From Thelocarpon superellum (taxonomy: Eukaryota): DNA of 35,977 nt. Position numbers and translations under genes: made by a program. Location: positions 1-35,977 of the forward strand of contig JAPEUG010000151.1 in NCBI GenBank assembly GCA_026025795.1, read 5' to 3'. Of the stretch, positions 11,525 to 22,928 are shown piece after piece (the first letter of the stretch is position 1; every line of letters begins with the position of its first letter). The notes under the pieces were generated by a model, which saw nothing but the letters and a program-made list of their open reading frames with translations, was not told the origin of the DNA and did not search any database.

Positions 11525-13497
11525 ATGCCGGCAACACGCACACCACTCCCGGCCGCGAGCCGGGCCGCAATCGCGGACGCAGCGTGGGAGAAGAAAGCGG
11601 CAGCGTAAGCCATCCCTTACACCTTGCCTGGGCTCTGGCATTGACAGGCCCGCAGTGCTTCGGCGCGTGCGTCGGTTGACCGCTTCAATGTGGAGCCCAT
11701 CATCGCGTTCTACTGTTTTCTTGCGCCCGCGCTCTTGGCCGCCGTCTTCTCTCCCATCCTCGACTGCGACGAGACGTTCAATTATTGGGAACCGACACAT
11801 TACCTGCGATATGGCTTTGGCTTGCAGACGTGGGAGTATTCACCCGAATATGCCATTCGTAGCTGGCTGTACATCAGCATCCATGCCATCACCGGCCGCC
11901 TCCTGGCCTTCCTGCCTTTCGTCTCCAAGATTCGAGAGTTCTACCTGCTGCGTGTCTCGCTGGCCGTCGCGTGCGCGGTCTGCGAGACCCACCTGTTCCG
12001 CACCATCTGCCGCACTTTCAACCCGCGCGTGGGCATCATGTTCATGCTGTGCATGGTCTTCAGTCCGGGCATGTTCCATGCCTCCGTCGCTTATCTACCC
12101 TCAAGCTTTGCCATGTGTGCCGTCATGCTAGGCATGGCCGCCTTCTTGAATTGGCGGGGCGGCCTGAAGACGGCCGAGGGTATCATGTGGTTTGGCACGG
12201 CAGGTATCGTGGGCTGGCCCTTTGCCATTGCCTTGTCAGCACCTTTCCTCGTGGAGGAGGGCTTGCTCGCCCTTGTCGGAGAAGGAGCCATCTTCATGAC
12301 GGCATGGCGCATGCTTGATGGCGTGGTGCGATCCTTTCTTGTCCTGGTATGGCTCCTTCCGGGAAGCGCATCGCTCGACGCGGCGCGCTGACGGCTCTAG
12401 TCCCTGGGCTTCGTGACCGATCTTTTCTTCTACCACCGGATCGCAGTGGTGCCCTTCAACATCGTGTGGTACAACATCTTCAGCGGCTCGGGCAAAGGAC
12501 CCGACATCTTCGGCACGGAGCCGTGGCATTTCTACCTCAAAAACCTGTCGCTGAATTTCAACATCTGGTTTCTGCTCGCCCTCCTGGCCATGCCGCTGCT
12601 CGCCCTTCAATTCATGTTGGGCAGTAGCGGCACCTCGCTGCAGACCCGGCTCCGCGGACTGGTCTTTGTATCGCCCTTCTATCTGTGGCTGGGTATCTTC
12701 ACGCTTCAGCCGCACAAAGAAGAGCGCTTCATCTATCCCGCCTATCCAGCGCTCGCCCTGAACGCGGCCATGGCGTTGCACATAATCCTTGTCGCCGTCG
12801 GCTCGACCAAGCCCGGGAACCTAGCAGCCAAGGTGTCCGGGAAGGTCAAGTTCGTCGCCGTCAGTACCTTGTTGCTGGCGTCGATAGGGCTGGGCGCGTT
12901 GAGGACGCTCGGTGTTGTGACGGCCTATGCGGCCCCGCTACAGATCCACCAGCCACTGCAAGATCCCAGCTATGGAGGACCTGGCGGGATTGTGTGCTAC
13001 GGGAAGGAGTGGTACCGCTTCCCGTCATCCTACTTCCTCCCAAGCAACATGCGGGCCAAGTTCATCAAGAGCGAGTTCGATGGACTGTTGCCCGGGGAAT
13101 TCAGCGAGGCCCGGATTGGGTTCGGTATCTGGCCGACCTTTCTGGTCCCGCCGGGGATGAACGACGCGAACGAAGAGGACATGGGAAAATACGTATGGGT
13201 CCACGGCGATTTCAGGACCGTCTGCTCCTTGCTGACTTGTTCTAGATCGATGTTGCCCACTGCCCGCTTCTGGTCGATTCTTACTATCCGGGCTCTCCGT
13301 CATCCGAGCTCCAGCCTCATCATGTCCTCGACAACGAGACGTGGGAACGGGTCTCCTGTCATCGGATGCTTGATGCATCGCGAACGCATCTGATTGGGCG
13401 CACCCTGTGGCTGCCCGATCTTGATCTCATTCCGGCCAAATATCGACGATCCTGGGGGCAAATGTGTCTCCTCCGGCGAAAGACTTCCGGCGTGTGA
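11525..13497 (+). CDS. ALG9: Alpha-1,2-mannosyltransferase Alg9 (GT22)
   Basis: ATG at 11525. Introns 11605-11655, 12347-12400 and 13193-13245 all restore the frame. Motifs DCDETFNYWEPTHYL.YGFGLQTWEYSPEYAIRSW, QPHKEERFIYPAYP and GKEWYRFPSSYFLP. TGA at 13495-13497. Confidence 0.96.
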
Positions 13498-13744
13498 CGC
13501 CACATGAAGTCGGATCTCGACGTACTACTGGTACGCTAGAATAGTAGATGCAATAGATGAGACTAGGAGGAACCAAATGCGTGAAGATGTCGACGATCCT
13601 GCAAAGGATCGCATAAGCGGTGGGACTGAAGGTCTTCGGCTGGCGTGGTTGAACGCGGTTGGCGCGATATGCGTCATGACCTGACGACATAACTTCCTGT
13701 GCCTCATCAAGTCCCATCCATCCCATCACCTGAACGAGCCCGGC

Positions 13745-15296
13745 ATGACCAATCCAGGCCCGGTCGATGCCACTCGTGTCGCCTACCCTGACCTGCCACT
13801 GTCGGGCCGGGCATCCAGGGGCGGCGATGAATACGGGTCCGACTTTTCGGATGAGGAAGCGGAGCTGCTAAGCAGCTTGCTGTCGAATTTGGCTACCACG
13901 CGTCCGGACGATGGCGACGAAGATCCAACTGGGGGGCTCCCGGCTACAGCACCCCCGCGCGGCCACGCTCACCACAGTGGCCGGCTCCAGCCGTACCGCG
14001 CCGGCCGCGTGCAGGCTCATGGCGACGTTGGCGTCCCGACTGGTTGGTGCACCACTTCATACTTGCCACGGAGACGAAGAGGCGGACTGACGATTCAAGC
14101 GACCAGTGCATCTCGATGAGAGTCAGGATGGAAGGACTCCTCGTGCCGTCGACGAGTCCACCGAGACTGGCAATGTCCTCGATACCCGTTCCCCACTGTT
14201 ACGCTTCCGGACCGCGCCGAAAAAGCCGTTATCCGTCACCGACCTGGTGTCGCCGTCGTGGTGCGAAGTACAATATTGGTACACGCTCACGAAACATGGC
14301 CGCAAGAGGCGGACCGCCGCCATGAGACAAGGCTCTGTCATCCACAAAGCCCTGGAGGACGAAGTGCACACGACCGTGCCGGTGGAAATCGCTTCCAAAG
14401 AGGAGGCCTGGGGCCTCCGACTGTGGAACGTGATCCAGGGACTTCGCACGCTGAGCGAGACCGGGCTCACCAGGGAGCTCGAGGTCTGGGGCGAAATCGA
14501 CGGTCTGTTGGTGAACGGCGTCATTGACCAAGTCTCCCATTCCTGCCCCGATCCTGCAGTCGCGGCCGAGATCGACGGCTCGTTGTCGGCCGAGGCTCCG
14601 CCGGTGGATCAGACGACGCTGGATGATTTCTTTCACCGCTCTGAGGGAAGAGATGCACGTGCCTCTCGACTGGTGTACATCACCGATGTCAAGACCCGAT
14701 CCAGCAAGGTCATGCCCAAGGACGCGTCGTTCCGGCCGACCCTCCTCCAGCTGATGCTCTATCACCGGCTCCTGTCCGACCTTGCCGCCAATCGACTATC
14801 TGGTTCTACCCTCTTCTCGCGCTACGATCTCGATCCCTCCGTCTCCTTTTCCGACTCGTTCGTTGCGCAGCTTACCAATCTCGACGAGAACGACGTTCTT
14901 CCAACCTCCGACACAACCGCTCAGCCCGCTGCTCGTTCGCTACTCTCTGCCCACAACTCACTTGCGGCGCTCTGGGAGTTGGTGACGAAGACCTTTGCCT
15001 CCGCGTTTCCCCAGGGCGCCAAAAGCGTTAGCCCAGTGCTCTACGCAGAATACCGAAGGCCCGTCGACGGGGCCGTTGTCGGCTCCAAGACGTGTCTCTA
15101 TGACCACGCCGGCCTCCAAGCGTACCTCAACGACGAGATTCGATGGTGGAAGGGCGAGCGCAAGGCCGTCGGCGTCCCGGTCGAAGAGGCCTTCAAGTGC
15201 CGCAGCTGCGACTTTGCAGAGTCGTGTGCGTGGCGCATTCAGAAGGTCGACGAGGCCACGGCTCGTCATCGCTTCCAGGTCAGGAGCGCAGTATGA
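13745..15296 (+). CDS. EXO5: Exonuclease V (Exo5/Dem1), Fe-S PD-(D/E)xK nuclease
   Basis: Probable intron 14043-14106 (GTTGGT...CTGAC...CAG). Motifs LSVTDLVSPSWCEVQYWY, GSVIHKALEDEVH, TRELEVWG..GVID, ITDVKTR, LQLMLY and CRSCDFAESCAWR (four Fe-S cysteines). Confidence 0.93.
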
Positions 15297-15536
15297 TTAC
15301 GTCTGCGCATACTACTTGTACACTGTATCTCAGCTATACCGGAGAGGCGCGTCTACGTGATTCATACACTTTTGAACAGATACCTGTTCCTTTCAACTGA
15401 TGTGGACCTCCATCTTAACCAAATACATATCCGTTTCTGGTCACACGGAGGCACGATGCCACCATAAGTGATCGCCGGAGGTCTTGCCCCTTGGACGTTT
15501 CCATGCATGGTTTGTTGCGATGCGTGCTTCGTCTAC

Positions 15537-16581
15537 CTACAGCACGTTGAGGATCTCACTGCACGCGTCGGAGGTATTTGTGCGCCAGTAATTCGGAATG
15601 GTCTGAGCCAGGTCATCCGCGTGGTCAGCGTATGAAGCCATCAGCCACCACCCTCCACTCTCCACGGGGCAGACCCACCTGGATATAGAGGACTCCGTCT
15701 TCTGGGAAAACCTCGTTATACGAGCCCGCCCGCAGCTTATCGACGACCTTGAGCACAACCTCGTTCTTGTTCACGACGTCGGTGAAACCCTCACGCAGCA
15801 TTTCGTCCGAGTCGAACTTGAGCCGCTTCAGGTTGTCAAGCAAGCTCTCAAAGTACGACAGCGTGCCGTCGCCAATGGCCTTCTGCCAGCCGGACGACAG
15901 GCCGTCAGGGTGTTTGCTCAAGATGGCAAAGTTGGCTTCGAAATTGGGCGTCAGCTTGATCGAGACGCCGAGGATCTTGTCGAGCTTGTCTTTGAGCGCG
16001 CCGATCGCTGACTCATACTGCACCTTCACCGACTGGCGGGCGTCAAAGTCCAGGCCGCCGGCGGCAGTTTCGGGCTTGGGCGCGTCGTTGACGGCCTTGT
16101 CGATCTCAGCCGTGGCATCGGTCACGTTCGTGCCCAGGTATGTGGGGCCATAGAGGATGCGGAGCTTGCCGTCCTTGATATCGCACCCGCAGTAGCTCCA
16201 CCGGCCGGAGTCGTCGTCTTCCAGCGTGATCGAGTGCGTAAATGCGACTTCATTGAGCTCTGTCGTGCCATCCTCGCCGTACTTAGCTACGAAGCGTTTG
16301 AGATTCGCTACCGCTCCTTCCGCGTACCTGTACCGCTGCAGCGTTAGATGCGGTCAGATGGAGAGAGATGGAAGATCGTCGGAGACGGACGAGACAATCA
16401 CTCGGCCAAAGTTATCTTTGGCCCACGACTCGGCGGCATGGACGAAGACGGCGGCGGGATCGATGTTAACGGTCCAAGGTGTGCCCAGAATTTGGGAGAT
16501 TTCGGCCTCGAGTCCCGGCTTGGGTGTCTCCCAGTCATCTCGCACACTTTTGCGTACGATGAGGGGAAGTTTCGTGGCCAT
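15537..16581 (-). CDS. Uncharacterised fungal protein, about 301 aa, built from two internally repeated domains
   Basis: ATG at 16581 (MATKLPLIVRKSVRDDW). Introns 16390-16328 and 15678-15603 with branch points CTAAC and CTGAC restore one ORF ending ...SEILNVL* at 15537. Codon usage looks strongly coding. Confidence 0.85.
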
Positions 16582-17660
16582 CGTTCTTCGATCGATGAAG
16601 GCGAAGCACCGCTATGGTTCTGATGGAATGGGGGAGCAAGATCAGCAAAGCTTCCTCTCGTAGCCGTCCCACGCTCATTCGAGCGCCCTTCACCGTAGGC
16701 ATCCGTGGCTCAGCCCTGGTACCCCTCTTCGGTCCTCGCCAACAACCAGGGCTGCAGCCAGTAGTGGCAGTGGCCGCCAAGGTGGCAGCTTTGGTTTAAC
16801 GTGCCAGCAGGGGCCGATGACTATGACCATTTGGAACTACGTGTGGTGAGCCTCTTTCCGAGGAGCCTTGTGGCGTTCAAGTCAAGCTGCCGCCATTGGT
16901 CGTCCGTGGCTTGGCATATTTCCGCGCAGCGGGCAAGCGTCTGCTGCACGCGATCCGGATCAAGCAGTTTCGAAGACCCCACCAGCCATTGGATCCAACA
17001 ACCACGTGGGTGCGTATCCGTGGAGAGTTGCAGCTGGAGGTTGGTGTGCAATGACCATCGCGGGATGAGTCAACAAGCGATGATGAGATCGTTCCATCTC
17101 CTTGAGCTACTGGTTGTGTGACGGAGGCGTCGTCAAAGGACACAGTAAATCCGTCCGGCCAATGGGTGGATGATGCGAGCTACCACCAAACCATCGTGGA
17201 GACAACTGAATCGACCGTCGCGGCCTAGCTAGATAGATACGTGGGGGACAGCACCGGACTTGGGTCACGCGTTTCCTTAGCACTGCTACCGTCGTGCTTG
17301 CACCTCCGCCAGGGCCGTTTCTCCATGCTGACTCTTCCGTTGCTCTACCGGATGCGGAGGGGAGTGGCGGAGGGGCGGGACCGTTACGCGGCCCGCGTCA
17401 AGCGATGATGGGTGGCAAGCGGTCATCATGGAGGGATCGTCGTGGTTTAGATGCCGCAGATCCTCAGACCCCGGATTCTCCAAGCCACAACCCAGCGCGA
17501 GCACACACGATTGTTCACGTTACAGCAGAATCATGACCATGCAGTTGCCACCTTCAGCAAGCCCTGAAGCATACACTGCTGAAAGGAAGGGAAGTCTTCG
17601 CTAGTCAAGTCCGGGTCGGAGGTGTTCGCACTGGACCCAGCTCGAGTGGGTCCGATCGGG

Positions 17661-17687
17661 GCGAGCGAGGCGAGCGAGGCGAGCGAG
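17661..17687. repeat. Tandem 9-bp repeat (GCGAGCGAG)x3
   Basis: gcgagcgaggcgagcgaggcgagcgag in the intergenic region between divergently oriented genes. Confidence 0.85.
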
Positions 17688-18092
17688 TGGTCCGCCGCAC
17701 CCGGAACAAAGATGCGTGCCCGAGATGCGATCGTAGCTGGCGATCCATGTCCCGATCGGACCACCAACCCTCTCCGTCCTTGTACCAGAGCCTGCGCTGG
17801 GCCAGGCCTACGCCACCTTTCTTTGTATCGATGGACCAGCTAGCGATGCAATCAGATTGCTCCACCGGTGCAATTGACGCGTCGAAAGCCGCTTGTCATC
17901 TGGCGTCTGGGCTAGACGTCTCTCACCCCCTCGACTGTCCGGATCAAGGGAGCGTTTCGAGGTGACGTTCAAGTCCCCGGCATGGCATCGTCCGACGAGC
18001 GTCACCTCGTCTCCATGCTTCCCCTCCTGTTCGTCGCCTCCATCTCTCTCCATCTCCCATTGCAGGTGGCTCGATGAGGACCTCGTCTTGCC

Positions 18093-19436
18093 ATGTCGAT
18101 GAGCAATGCGACGCTGGCGGAGCTCAATCTGTATGCGTACGAGGAGACGCATATCCATGATGATCGCCGGGCCGAGTTCTTGGTCGTTTGCTTCGCCATG
18201 GCGGCCCTCGCCTTCCTCGCCGCCGGTCTCCGCTTCTACGCCGAATCGATCTTGCACAGTTCATGGAAGATGGATGACTATCTGATCATCGCAACCCTGG
18301 TAGCGCCACTGTCTCCGGTCGCCCTCCGCAAGCGTTCTGACTCGTGATAGGGGTGCACCGCTGCGTTCTGTGCCAACGCGGTCATCTGTATGGACTGGTC
18401 CGTCGCTCGAACAAGTCCGGTGCTAATGCGCCCGCGCTCCAGGTGTTCACTTTGGATTTGGGAGACATGCCATACTTGCGGGACCGAGAAAAGCCGAGAA
18501 TTTCATCAAGGTATGACAGTGCTTGCAGCTACCTCCGTTCGATATCTCATGCGAGTGGTGGCGATAGACCCTCTTCGCCTTCGAGATCATGTACAACATC
18601 ACCATCGTCCTCATCAAGACGTCGGTCCTCCTCTTCTACCGACGAGCCTTACCTCTCGCTGGATTCCGCATGGTGCTGAATGTGGCGACGGCCTTTGTCA
18701 TTGCATGGGGCATCTCGGCCACGTTGGGCGTGACTTTTCAGTGTGTTCCCATCAGCTATCTGTGGAAGCATAGCGGGCCTGCCCAGTGCATCAATCAGAT
18801 AGCTCTGGTGATCAGCACGGCGGCGATCAACGTCTTTACCGATCTATTCATTGTCATCCTGCCCATCCCGCTCGTCTGGCGGCTCCAAGCGACACGACGC
18901 AAGAGACTTGCTGTGAGCGGCATCTTCGTTCTTGGAGGCGTGTAAGTCGTCCTGACCAAGCGTCGCTGGCCGCATCTCTGACGACCGGGACAGCGTCATC
19001 ATTGCCAGCGTGATGCGCTTTCCTTATCTGAAGCACTTCTTGACCAGAGACCCGACGTGTGAGTCGACGTGAGCCACAAGCTGCAGCACGGGATCTGATT
19101 GCCACAGGGGACGCGGTGGACATTGCCATCTGGTCGGTGGTGGAAGTGTGTTTCGGCATCGTGGGCGCGTGTCTACCGCTCATGGGACCGCTGATTCGCA
19201 ACCTGGACAAGCAGGGCCGCATCCGAACCATGCTCTTCAACCGCGGGACCTGGCGGCGCAGCTCTTCGTCCAATAGCAGTGACTGTACTGCGGGCAGTGC
19301 CGTCTATGAGCGACCATGGCCGGGACAGAGGTGGCCGTGTTTCGATCCCGAGGAAGCTGCGCCCATGCCAGCAGGAACGCTGGAGAAGATTCTACCACGA
19401 AGTCCCAGAAGCTTTTTCAGAGACCGATTTGGGTGA
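18093..19436 (+). CDS. Pth11-like (fungal rhodopsin-domain) integral membrane receptor, no CFEM domain
   Basis: Six exons joined by five GT-AG introns (near 18300, 18388, 18511, 18942, 19058). Motifs LRFY, DDYLII, GFGRH, IKTSVLLFYRR, FQCVPISYLW, TDLFIVILPIPLVWRLQ and IWSVVEVCFGIVGACLP. Confidence 0.88.
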
Positions 19437-20568
19437 GAGATGGTCATGATGGAGTAGGAGCGTGGTATTTGCGGCTATATATCGTGGATGGCGGAAAGCT
19501 CGGGACGGCATGCACAATAGAAATGAGACTTGTACGAGTATCCTACTGGTCCGCATTTTGGCGACCAATGCTCGATGGATGAATACTCGTACTCGTACGC
19601 GTAGGCCGAGACCCCCTGTCATCGATCGGAGTTGGTCCCGCCCTCCCTTTGGGGCACCATGTACTCGTCCCTCAATCCCGTCGTTCGTACCGAGGGGCGT
19701 AGCCCCGCTGTGCTGGATCCCGACCTACGCTTCCAGCGAGCTCCGCTCGCTTCTCCCAAATTTATTTGAGCACGCCGGGCGTGCACCTCAGGCCACACTA
19801 GCTATGGTACTCGTCTGTTACGCTGAGCGTGATTTTCCGATCACGAATTGCATTGGCAACCAGCTCTCGCCTCTCATATCAGTACTGACGCACCCCGGTT
19901 ATTCCACTGGAGATGGGTGCTCTATTCTCCGGAAGCTATCCGTCGTTCTAATATACAGCTATTGTGGGTCACGTGAAGCGGCTTACTCAGATGCCTCGTG
20001 CTCCCGTATGGAGCCTCCACAGTACCGAGCTGCCGTCCAGCCTCCGTATTTCAAGTGGGCACGGGCACATAGTCCAGAGTCCTTCGGTCTCGGTGAAACG
20101 GGCTGCACCGGGTGCTACTCGACCCACCTGGCCGCAAGAGGCGACCAAGGCTCCTACCGATTCGCCCCGAAAGTAAAAGCGACGGGTGGATAGGTGGACG
20201 GTGCAAGAGGCAGGTCAAAATACCAATGTCATCTGCCGCGCTACTCTTCGACGAGTACTAGTGAGCAAGGCAATAGTTACCACACACACGTCTCAAAGCA
20301 TAACGCCCGGCTCGATCTGCGGTCGCAGAGAGCTGCGGCTCATCATCAGGCCACGAGTCACACCACCATGGTGCTGATGTAGCAGAGTGAATTGATCTCG
20401 GACATCTGCGTCTCTGATGCTGGACTGTGTTCAGGCGCTTGGTGTCCGCAATGATCGAACGGGCTCCTCTTGGCCTAGTGGAGGTCAGGAAAATGGGTAT
20501 ACAGTCTCAGCGCTCCCACCTCACCTTCTCCGGCCACCGTCCGAATTGCAACCCTGGGTCATTATTCG

Positions 20569-22237
20569 ATGCATTCGCAAAACCCCCATTCGCGTGATCC
20601 TTCAAAGACCCATGCCTACCTTGTTGGAGGAGGCATTGCCTCTTTGTCGGCCGCCGCCCTCTTAATCCGCGATGCTCAGGTTCCCCCAACCCAAATCCAC
20701 CTCTATGAGGAGAGCGCCGTACTGGGCGGCGCCATGGACGGATCGGGCGGCGTGGGGGAAGGATATCTGATCCGCGGTGGGCGGATGCTGAACTCGAGCT
20801 ATCGTTGCCTATATGACTTGCTGCAGAGCATCCCGACCTTGGATCGTCCCAGTCAGACAGTCTATCAGGAGATCATGGACTTCACCAATGACAACCAGAC
20901 CAAGGCCGCAGCACGCCTGGTGGACAACATGCCCATCAAATTGGACGTGTCACGCATGGGGTTTGATGCCAAGGGTCAGTTGCTTCTTCACAGAACATCT
21001 TCTAGCTGTCTCTGACTTACACATGGCAGATCGCATCAACTTGTTGGGACTCTGGAGCGCGTCGGACCGCTACCTCGGCCGAAAGGCCATCGAGGACGTC
21101 TTCCACCCGCACTTCTTTACCACGAACTTCTGGTACATGTGGGCGACGACATTCGCCTTCCAGCCCTGGCACAGCGCTATCGAACTCAAACGCTATCTGC
21201 ACCGTTTCATCCACGAGTTTCCTCAGATCAGTACCCTCGCCGGTGTGGACCGGACCGTGTATAATCAGTTCGAGTCCATCATCCTCCCGATCAGCACGTG
21301 GCTGGAAGCTCAGGGCGTCGACTTTGTGCGAGGCACTGTCGTCAGGGACCTGGACTTTGCGTGCACCAGCGGTCAAGTGACAGCGACGAAGCTCCACCTA
21401 TCACGGGACGGAGCCCCAGAGATCCTTGAGCTGGCTCCGACCGATCTCGTCTTTGTCACCAACGGCAGTATGGTGTCCGCTTCCTCCATCGGCTCGATGG
21501 ACACTGCCCCGGCCGTGCTCGAGGGACCTGTCGTCGATCCCGCCTGGACCCTCTGGATCACCATCGCGACCAAACTCGGACCCACTTTTGCCGGTAACCC
21601 GTCGAATTTCCTCGGCCGGGTGCGCGAGTCCCAGTGGAACAGCTTTACCGTCACCATGACCGATCCCGCACTACTAAAATACATCACTGACTTCAGCGGC
21701 AATGAGCCCGGCACCGGCGCCTTGTGCACCTTCCGCGATTCCGCCTGGCTCATGTCTATCGTCGTCCCGCATCAACCGCATTTCCGAGACCAACCCCCGG
21801 CGGTCTCGGTCTTCTGGGGGTACGCGCTGTACGTCGATCGTCCGGGCGATCTGGTCCACAAGCCGATGCGATTCTGCACTGGGGCGGAGATCTTGGACGA
21901 ACTCCTGCACCACCTGGGACGGTCGGCGCAATCGGCTTCTCTCCGCGCTGGCGTCAACGTGATCCCTGCCGCATTGCCCTACATCACCTCACAGTTTCTC
22001 ACACGCGCGCCCACGGATCGGCCCGGCGTCATCCCGCCGGGGAGCACCAATTTTGCCTGGCTAGGTCAGTACACAGAAATCCCAGAGGACACCGTCTTCA
22101 CCGTCGAGTATTCCGTCCGAAGCGCCATGATCGCCGTCTTCAACCTGATGTCGTTAAGCAAGACTCCTCCACCCATCTACAAGGGTGACCACGATATCGA
22201 GGTCATTTATCGAGCTTTGGAGGCATCACTTACCTAG
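20569..22237 (+). CDS. Oleate hydratase / myosin-cross-reactive antigen (MCRA) family FAD protein, about 537 aa
   Basis: One intron at 20975-21029 (GTCAGT...CTGAC...CAG). FAD motif AYLVGGGIASLSAAALLIRD, GGAMDG, IRGGRML, NFWYMWATTFAFQPWHSAIELKRYLHRF, YNQFESII, VFVTNGS, PYITSQF, DRP.VIP.GSTNFAWLGQY.E and DTVFTVEYSVRSA. Confidence 0.93.
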
Positions 22238-22928
22238 TCAGATTGGAAAGCAGAATGCACGCTATTAGAGCCTGCGCTCCCGTCTCGTAATCGACATGCT
22301 CGTATTCTTCATCCGTCACATGCGCCGGCAAGCGGCCGTGAGGATCTTCATCCGGCCCGTAGCCTGGCTTTTGACGGATGCTGCGGGTGTTGTTGTCCAT
22401 CTCGAATCCTCGCGATCGACGATGCCGTTGTGACGCTCCTTTGCCACATCGGTCCAAGATCGTCTGCCATGTTCTCTGCTCCACTGCGCAGGCGGATGGG
22501 TGACAGATGACAGCCGCCTGTCAAATTTTCCGCTTTCATGTGGCGACTGCTGATCATGCCGTGCACCCCACACCACCATGTCATGCCACTACGCCACAGC
22601 CCATCACACCGTGCGAGGCAATGTCGGAGATGATCCTTATGTATATTCTGAGCCTCCTATACCAATACCCCTTTCGCCCGCCACGTTCTATGTCCTCCTT
22701 TGGGTGCAAGCTGGTTAGTAGGACGAGCAAGTGTGGTCGAAGCCAAGCTGATCGTTGGAGGTCGCGATGTCTTGCTTCCCTGGATGTAAATGCAGCTCTT
22801 AATTGTGTTGTCATTCCTCACCATCAGTCCGGGGAATGGCCGCCGGGGGAACGACCACGATGAACAGGATTTCGTGAATCTGGTCATCTCTTATCATGTC
22901 CTCATCTCATATGGTCTGTCCCTCCTGC

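Noticed and set aside
17080..17209. ATGATGA...CTGA box C/D-like pair
   Set aside because: No guide complementarity to rRNA that I recognise and a poor terminal stem; such motif pairs arise by chance.
22230..22484. Minus-strand ORF ending at an AG|GTAAGT donor-like site antisense to the hydratase stop
   Set aside because: No credible start context, downstream exon or homology; most likely convergent 3' UTR sequence.
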